From a bacterium (GTDB taxonomy: Bacteria > Patescibacteriota > Minisyncoccia > UBA6257 > GWB1-50-10): a stretch of DNA of 64,000 bases. Under the pieces are notes generated by a model. It searched no databases and had not been told where the DNA came from. It worked only from the letters and a program-made list of their open reading frames with translations. A program made the position numbers and the translations under genes. The stretch spans positions 196,894 to 260,893 of the forward strand of contig JAJYXV010000003.1 of the NCBI GenBank assembly GCA_021801565.1. Direction: 5' to 3'. Position 1 is the first letter of the stretch, and each line of letters starts with the position of its first letter. Positions 58,212 through 64,000 of the stretch are shown here, one piece after another.

Positions 58212-59732
58212 TTATCCTATCAAACTAATAACCTTCTCAAACACGTTATCACGCATCACCTGTATATCTTTTGCTAAGATTCTGTCATTTTCAATATGTT
58301 TTACGTATTTTCGTATTATTGCGTGTGTCTTTTTTGTTCCCCTTCCGAGTTTTTTTACATCCCTGAAATCAATTGCCTGTGCTGCATTCATATATTCAAT
58401 TGCTAAAACATTTTCTGTATTTTCGATAATTTTCCATGCTTTTCGTGCGGCGATCGTTCCCATACTCACATGATCTTCCTGATTGACTGATGTCGGAATT
58501 GAATCAACCGATGCGGGATGTGCAAGTACTTTATTTTCGGAAACGAGAGATGCAGCAACGTATTGTGGAATCATAAGACCGTTATGCAGTCCCCCTTTCT
58601 TCTCATCAATAAGAAAAATAGGAAGTCCCGCGTTCATTGATGGATCAATAAGTTTTGCGGTTCTTCGTTCTGAAATATCAGCGAGTTCGGCAAGTGCAAT
58701 ACCAAGTGTATCCATTGCAATCGCAATCGGTTCACCATGGAAATTTCCTCCTGAGACTGCATGATCGGGATTTGTAAAAATAAGCGGATTGTCCGTCACG
58801 GAATTTAACTCACATTCAACTACTGAATGCACATATGTCACCGCATCACGAATTGCTCCATGCACTTGAGGTGAACACCGGAGAGAATAAGAATCCTGAA
58901 CTCTCCCCTTCATCGAGTTTACTAATTTTGATCCAGAAATATATTTCTTTACATTTTTTGCCACAATCGCTTGCCCTGGATGTGGACGAACTGCTTGTAC
59001 GTGTGAATCAAACGCATTCGTCACTCCGCACACCGCCTCAAGTGTGAGCGCGGTTCCCATGTCAGCAATTTCAATAAGTTGTTCTGCCTTGTGTAATGTA
59101 AGTGCTGCAATTCCGGTCATCACTGAGGTTCCATTATTGAATGCGAGTCCTTCTTTTTCCAAAAATCCCGGAGGAGTTAATCTCGCCTTTTTGAGCGCTA
59201 CCGTTGTTTTCATTTTTCTTCCCTTATACCACACCTCTCCTTCGCCCATCATCACAAGACCGATATGTGAAAGCGGCGCAAGATCACCTGACGACCCGAC
59301 TGATCCTTGAGACGGTACAAGTGGAATAATATCTTTTGAAATAAGAGCTGCAAGAAATTCCAAAAACTCAAATCGCACACCTGAATACCCTTGTGTTAAT
59401 GAATTTAAGCGAACAAGCATTGCCGCGCGTACCATTTCTTTTGAAAGTAATTCACCGACACCCGATGAATGACTTCGTATAAGATTCCGCTGTAATTCTT
59501 TCACATGATCTTTTTCAATGAATTTATCTTTAAAACTTCCAAATCCCGTGGTCACTCCATAGACCACTTTTCTTTTTTCAACGATGCGTTCAACTACTTT
59601 CCGCGATGCAATTATTTTCTTTTTTGCATGGGGAGAAAGAACAACCTTAATTCCCGGACGATGTGCAACCTCCCAGACGACGTCCGGGGTGAGATGATGA
59701 TCCGGACCCACCTCAACAATTGATGTGTTCAT
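58212..59732 (-). CDS. hutH: histidine ammonia-lyase (aromatic amino-acid ammonia-lyase family)
   Basis: 506 aa. MIO-forming region GSVGSSGDLAPLSHIG, a Ser-Ser-Gly variant of Ala-Ser-Gly, with the family's conserved flanks. Confidence 0.8.
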   Translation of the reverse strand: MNTSIVEVGPDHHLTPDVVWEVAHRPGIKVVLSPHAKKKIIASRKVVERIVEKRKVVYGVTTGFGSFKDKFIEKDHVKELQRNLIRSHSSGVGELLSKEMVRAAMLVRLNSLTQGYSGVRFEFLEFLAALISKDIIPLVPSQGSVGSSGDLAPLSHIGLVMMGEGEVWYKGRKMKTTVALKKARLTPPGFLEKEGLAFNNGTSVMTGIAALTLHKAEQLIEIADMGTALTLEAVCGVTNAFDSHVQAVRPHPGQAIVAKNVKKYISGSKLVNSMKGRVQDSYSLRCSPQVHGAIRDAVTYVHSVVECELNSVTDNPLIFTNPDHAVSGGNFHGEPIAIAMDTLGIALAELADISERRTAKLIDPSMNAGLPIFLIDEKKGGLHNGLMIPQYVAASLVSENKVLAHPASVDSIPTSVNQEDHVSMGTIAARKAWKIIENTENVLAIEYMNAAQAIDFRDVKKLGRGTKKTHAIIRKYVKHIENDRILAKDIQVMRDNVFEKVISLIG

Positions 59733-59799
59733 AGATTTATTCTACCCCGTTAAAAATAGAATTCCAGTATTTTACTATTTAAAAAATAAGGATAAATAA

Positions 59800-59840
59800 A
59801 AGAAAAATCCCCTGATGTATATCGGGGGATTTTATGTTTT
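59800..59840 (-). terminator. rho-independent terminator
   Basis: aatcccc-tgatgtatatc-ggggatt hairpin with T-rich tails. Confidence 0.55.
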
Positions 59841-60344
59841 TTACATTTTTACTTCTTCAAATTCGATTTTTGTATGCTCGGTATTTGCAAACTTTGCATA
59901 GAAAAGTCTCAATTCTTTTTTGAGATTTGCTGCTTTTACAATAGCGCCTGCTACCTTCTGCAAATCGAACTTCTGTCGTGTCACTATATCAGAGAAGTTT
60001 TTGAGGAAAGATCTTCCAAGAGCGGACTTCATTGCCTCATATTTTTTACAATCTTCATGATTAATCAAGATAATTGTCTTAATTGTTTCATGACGATCGA
60101 GAAATAATGTGAGAATGTCATTTACCACCTTGAATTCTTTTGGGAAACTTGATGGTTCGGTAAGAGAAGCTATGGCACCTGAAATAGCGATTGGTACATA
60201 TTCTCCTGTCGAAAGATTGAGTTCGTTCTTCAGAAATTCTTGAAAAGCTTTTTGAAACCTTGGATCAGCGCAGTGTATAACAATTGCCTTTGGATGACCC
60301 GAAAGCACATCATATAACTTCTGCATCTCTTTTTCTCCGTTCAT
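59841..60344 (-). CDS. hypothetical protein (third gene of flotillin operon)
   Basis: 167 aa. Contains IHCADPRF and NHEDCKKY. Their arrangement faintly recalls the beta-carbonic-anhydrase CxDxR / HxxC zinc motifs. Speculative. Confidence 0.45.
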   Translation of the reverse strand: MNGEKEMQKLYDVLSGHPKAIVIHCADPRFQKAFQEFLKNELNLSTGEYVPIAISGAIASLTEPSSFPKEFKVVNDILTLFLDRHETIKTIILINHEDCKKYEAMKSALGRSFLKNFSDIVTRQKFDLQKVAGAIVKAANLKKELRLFYAKFANTEHTKIEFEEVKM

Positions 60345-60356
60345 GAGTTACCTCAC

Positions 60357-62066
60357 TTAAGAAGATTTTTCGGTGTTGTCGTCTTTTTTGTCGCCAACCA
60401 TACCGATAAGTTCGCCGATGTTTACTCCGAATTTACTTGCAAGATCTTCAATATCAATACCCATTGTCTTCAAGTTTTTGATAACATTAAAAACGGTTTC
60501 AGGAACGACGTTTCCAAGTTTGTTTAAACCATTTCCATTTCCACCCATATCAACGATCTTTATCTGATCGATTGAACCGAATGGTAGTGCAACTGATTTA
60601 AATACTGCCTCAGCAATTTTACTTCCTGCGTCACCGAATTTATCAACGAGACCCGGCAAACGATCAAGAACAAGAATAAATCTTGCTTTGTCGTCCATTT
60701 CCTTCAATGAAGTTGCCATTGCACTTGTACCAGCGGCTTCAGCAAGAAGATACTTCTCTTTTCCGCTCGCTTCAGCAAGAAGATTCTTTTCCTTACCAAG
60801 AGCTTCAGCAAGAAGATTCTTTTCCTTACCAAGAGCTTCAGCAAGAAGATTTCTTTCTTTACCTTCAGCATTAGCAAAAGCAATTGCTTTTGTTTTTGAG
60901 CTTTCGCCTTCGCCTTCCAATACTTGCGCCTGTTTTTTCGCAGTTGCTTCTTTTGTAATTTTTATTGCAGCTGCATCTCCATCAATTTCAGCTTTCTGTT
61001 TACCAACATTTGCCTCAATGAGTGTTTTTTCTCTTGCGGCTTCTGCTGGTTTAATGACTGTTGCAATAAGTTCTTTTTCCTTTCTGAGAGATTCTTTTTC
61101 CTGAACGGCAATCTGAGCTTCTTTTTCAGCACCATCACGTTCAGCTTGTTTTACCTTGAGAACTTTATCTTGTTCGGCAAGTTGAATATCCATCGCTTTT
61201 TCGGCCTTTGCTTTTGCCGTATCAGTAATCACCTTCATGTCCGCAATTTTTACATCGCGATCTTTTTCGGCATCAGCAACTTTTACCGCATTTGTGGCTT
61301 TTACTACATCCGCTTCCCTGACAGCATTTGAAACACTTATTTCAGTGTCTCTTTTTGCCTCAGCAACCTTGATGTCTCTTTCTTTTGCCGCTTCTGCAAC
61401 AGTAATATCGGCATCACGTTTTACAAACGCTACTGCCTTTTTGCCCATCGCATCGATATATCCTTCCTTGTCATCAATTTCCTGTATAACAAGAGTCATG
61501 AGTTGAACCCCAAGATTCTTTAACTCATTACCGGATTCATCAATCACTGTTTGATTGAATTTATCTCGCTCTCGGAGCAGTGAATCGATGTCAAGTTTAC
61601 CGACAATCGAACGCAAGTGGCCTTTCAGAATATTCTGAACAAAAAGATTCCGTTCTTCCTCGTTTTTTCCGAGAAAGTTCTGGGCCGCATTAATCAGATC
61701 TTCTTCATTTGTACTAATTTTACACGTCGCCACACCCTTCACATTGATTTTTACCGTATCTTTATTTGGGATGCTTGTTTCATCAATATCAACCTGAAAT
61801 GCCGTGGTCGACATCTCCTGCACACTTTCAACAAATGGCATAAGAATTCGTCCGCCACCATTTAAGACCTTGAACCCGAGAGTTACGGATTTCCCTTCTT
61901 TATCATGGTGTACATATTTACGACCGAAAAAGATAAGTGCCTTATCGGGCGCACATTTTTTATAGCGGCTACCGATGAATTTTATTGCGAGAATAAATAC
62001 AATTGCCACAAGCAAAATCATTCCCGGAATAAACAAATGCTGAAAGAAATTTGATGCTGATTCCAT
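60357..62066 (-). CDS. flotillin / SPFH (band 7) domain protein
   Basis: 569 aa. N-terminal TM helix, SPFH domain, a long Ala/Glu/Lys coiled coil, and internal 11-aa tandem repeats. Confidence 0.8.
   Translation of the reverse strand: MESASNFFQHLFIPGMILLVAIVFILAIKFIGSRYKKCAPDKALIFFGRKYVHHDKEGKSVTLGFKVLNGGGRILMPFVESVQEMSTTAFQVDIDETSIPNKDTVKINVKGVATCKISTNEEDLINAAQNFLGKNEEERNLFVQNILKGHLRSIVGKLDIDSLLRERDKFNQTVIDESGNELKNLGVQLMTLVIQEIDDKEGYIDAMGKKAVAFVKRDADITVAEAAKERDIKVAEAKRDTEISVSNAVREADVVKATNAVKVADAEKDRDVKIADMKVITDTAKAKAEKAMDIQLAEQDKVLKVKQAERDGAEKEAQIAVQEKESLRKEKELIATVIKPAEAAREKTLIEANVGKQKAEIDGDAAAIKITKEATAKKQAQVLEGEGESSKTKAIAFANAEGKERNLLAEALGKEKNLLAEALGKEKNLLAEASGKEKYLLAEAAGTSAMATSLKEMDDKARFILVLDRLPGLVDKFGDAGSKIAEAVFKSVALPFGSIDQIKIVDMGGNGNGLNKLGNVVPETVFNVIKNLKTMGIDIEDLASKFGVNIGELIGMVGDKKDDNTEKSS
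60735..60872. repeat. 33-nt in-frame tandem repeat x4 (coding, flotillin)
   Basis: gcttcagcaagaagattcttttccttaccaaga units encode LLAEALGKEKN x4. Confidence 0.75.
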
Positions 62067-62131
62067 GTGGAACCTCCTTAAGTTAAATGAAAGAAATAAT
62101 TACCTTTTTACCTTTCCTATGTGATACAAAA

Positions 62132-62683
62132 TCATTTTTGTTCAACATATAATTTACCACCCACCACATCTACCACGATAATGGACGATCCTTTTTGAAT
62201 TAGGTTTCCATTTTTTGAATATGCGAAGTATGTTTGTGACTGTCCCTTTACAAGAATTGATACTTCGCCCATTCCCTTTTCTGAGATGGTTGTGGTAACT
62301 ACTCCATTTTGTCCAATACAGGTATTTGGGTTGAGAATTGACGTCGATTGCTGAGAATACAGTATGCGCATAACGCCATACATAAGCCCAGCAGCCAGAA
62401 CACCAACACCAACGCCGATAACCGAGGCAAGTTCATATGATGCATCGAGGTGACGCGCAATAGCGCCTGCTGCACCGAATGCAGTAACAAACGAGCTTAA
62501 CACCTTCATTGAAAAAATACTGATAGTTGGCTCATCACTTATTTCGCCGTGATCGGCATCATGATCAAGATGAACATCATGATCATGATCAAATGCGCCT
62601 TCATGTTCATCCCCCCCACCAAAAATGTGAGAGCCGATGAGAAAAAGTGTACCTGTAATCGCGATTGAAACAAACACTAACAT
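62132..62683 (-). CDS. NfeD-like membrane protein (flotillin partner, YuaF/YqiJ-like)
   Basis: Start trimmed to the ATG after GGAGG (MLVFVSIAITG...). TM helices, a His/Asp-rich linker HEGAFDHDHDVHLDHDADHGE, and a C-terminal OB-fold-like beta domain. Confidence 0.55.
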   Translation of the reverse strand: MLVFVSIAITGTLFLIGSHIFGGGDEHEGAFDHDHDVHLDHDADHGEISDEPTISIFSMKVLSSFVTAFGAAGAIARHLDASYELASVIGVGVGVLAAGLMYGVMRILYSQQSTSILNPNTCIGQNGVVTTTISEKGMGEVSILVKGQSQTYFAYSKNGNLIQKGSSIIVVDVVGGKLYVEQK

Positions 62684-62868
62684 TTCTTCCTCCTTCTTTG
62701 ATTTGTGAATTCTGTATATAGATTTGTCAATTTGTATTGCTGGCAGTATTCTAACATTTATAATATAAATGTCAATATCTAGTAGATTTGACAAATAGAT
62801 GTAAAATATTTATTATATCTCAAGCACTATTAAATAAATATTTCTAATAAAAGGAATGGAGGTATCAC

Positions 62869-64000
62869 ATGGAATCAGGAATTTTAGTTGCTTTTATCAT
62901 TGTTTTTTTAGCTGGTCTCGGCATTGGATTTATTTGGGGAAAAAAGAGAAAAAAAGAAGAAGGAGAAGATAATCTTCGTTTTCAACAATCGCCATCACAA
63001 TTTGTATCTCCCCCACCACGAAGAAAAAGTCCTATTGAGGAATTTGGTGATAGACTGAATGAATTACTGAGAACAAGTGATCCAAAAACTGCATTTTTTT
63101 CTGCATTCAATGAAGTGAGTAATAAGTTTTCTGATGGGGATAGATTGAGCTTTGCAGAGGCATTAGAAGAAGCGGCAAAAAACAGTAAATATAATCCGTC
63201 AGATCTTGTGATAATAATGGCGGAAGAGAACTACTCACTTGGGAAAATTGCAAACTTTTTGAACGACAACACAAATCTTGAGGTGAAAGAATTTACCGAA
63301 GCACTTGTTCCATTTGCAAAAGGAGACATTCCGAAACTCAAGGCAGCAGAGCTACTAAGTGCTGTAAATAATATTTTTGACCTTGATAATGAGGGAGATA
63401 ATCTTATTCCTTCGCTTCTTGCGTTAGGATGTCCACAGGAAGAAGTAGCTGAATTGCTCTACGAGAACACATCAATGGATCTTCTGGATGTGATAAAAGC
63501 AATGAAGTGGGAAAATTCTCCTTTGGATATTATTGCGCTCGCGAAGAAATTGAAAACTGATCTCACGGATAGCGATGAGTATCAATCACTTCGCGACACC
63601 GAAGGTATCGATTTTAAAACCGCTGCAAAAGTTCTCAAAGAGTGTGGAAAGACGGCATTAGAAATTCTGGATACCGAAGAGGAATATGACAACATCCCCG
63701 ATGATGACGTAAAGGAAATGAAAAACGTTATTGAAGTCCTCTCTGAAGTTGGATTTTCAAGAAGTGAAATTCTTGATGCGATATGGGAATCCAATTTTAT
63801 GCAAAATAAAAATGGCGGAGAAATTGTTGATTTACTTTGTGACGCGAACGTTCCCATGAATGAAATTAATGAGTTGCTTGTCGCAAAAGAGTATGATCCA
63901 GACGATCTTGACGAGGAATTGCGTGATAATACAAATATAGAGCTAAAGACTCGTACGGAAATTGTATACACGTTTTTAAACACAAATAAGAAAGAGTCGA
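62869..64000 (+). CDS. hypothetical protein, N-terminal TM anchor, 3'-partial (runs off window)
   Basis: GGAGG then ATG at 62869. Open frame to the window end (MESGILVAFIIVFLAGLGIGFIWGKKRKKEE...). Not in the track because no stop codon falls inside the window. Confidence 0.5.
   Translation, partial: MESGILVAFIIVFLAGLGIGFIWGKKRKKEEGEDNLRFQQSPSQFVSPPPRRKSPIEEFGDRLNELLRTSDPKTAFFSAFNEVSNKFSDGDRLSFAEALEEAAKNSKYNPSDLVIIMAEENYSLGKIANFLNDNTNLEVKEFTEALVPFAKGDIPKLKAAELLSAVNNIFDLDNEGDNLIPSLLALGCPQEEVAELLYENTSMDLLDVIKAMKWENSPLDIIALAKKLKTDLTDSDEYQSLRDTEGIDFKTAAKVLKECGKTALEILDTEEEYDNIPDDDVKEMKNVIEVLSEVGFSRSEILDAIWESNFMQNKNGGEIVDLLCDANVPMNEINELLVAKEYDPDDLDEELRDNTNIELKTRTEIVYTFLNTNKKES

Noticed and set aside
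60735-60872. 33-nt and ~30-nt tandem repeats (flotillin 60735-60872, DUF1003 29664-29815), considered as possible CRISPR arrays
   Set aside because: The repeats are contiguous without unique spacers, they are in-frame within ORFs, and they encode coiled-coil or acidic peptide repeats. No cas genes are present.

Overview
AT-rich, gene-dense bacterial chromosomal window with coding on both strands, short intergenic gaps and many hairpin plus T-run terminators. I could run no tools, so every call rests on reading motifs in the supplied ORF translations and the raw DNA. Most of the content is housekeeping: a cell-wall and division cluster (ftsW, murG, an M23 peptidase, a FemAB-family transferase, a Mur-ligase-family protein, murC); translation genes (gltX, a truncated alaS, hisS, rpmA, rplI, hpf, five tRNAs); the dnaG-rpoD operon; groES-groEL; a Rel/SpoT homolog; parA and parB; lexA; a lemA-DUF2207-htpX operon; a MacAB/YknXYZ-like ABC efflux operon with a duplicated permease; an nfeD-flotillin operon; hutH; a DapF-like protein; thyX; tgt; cdd. 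The truncated AlaRS, rpmA without rplU, the many small hypothetical proteins and the AT-richness hint at a small-genome, possibly Patescibacteria/CPR-like organism, but that is inference only. The most unusual signals are: (1) a ~95-nt imperfect-inverted-repeat element present in two near-identical copies, one upstream of rel and one inside an anomalous 657-bp spacer that separates parB from parA, with further direct half-site copies; (2) a degenerate tRNA-like cloverleaf at the end of a minus-strand tRNA array; (3) two solo RecB/Cas4-family PD-(D/E)xK nucleases; (4) a promoter-driven, start/stop-overlapping two-ORF module of unknown function; (5) in-frame tandem repeats inside the flotillin and DUF1003 genes; (6) a leaderless lexA and a structured leader upstream of rpmA. 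I recognised no CRISPR array, rRNA, transposase or integrase.
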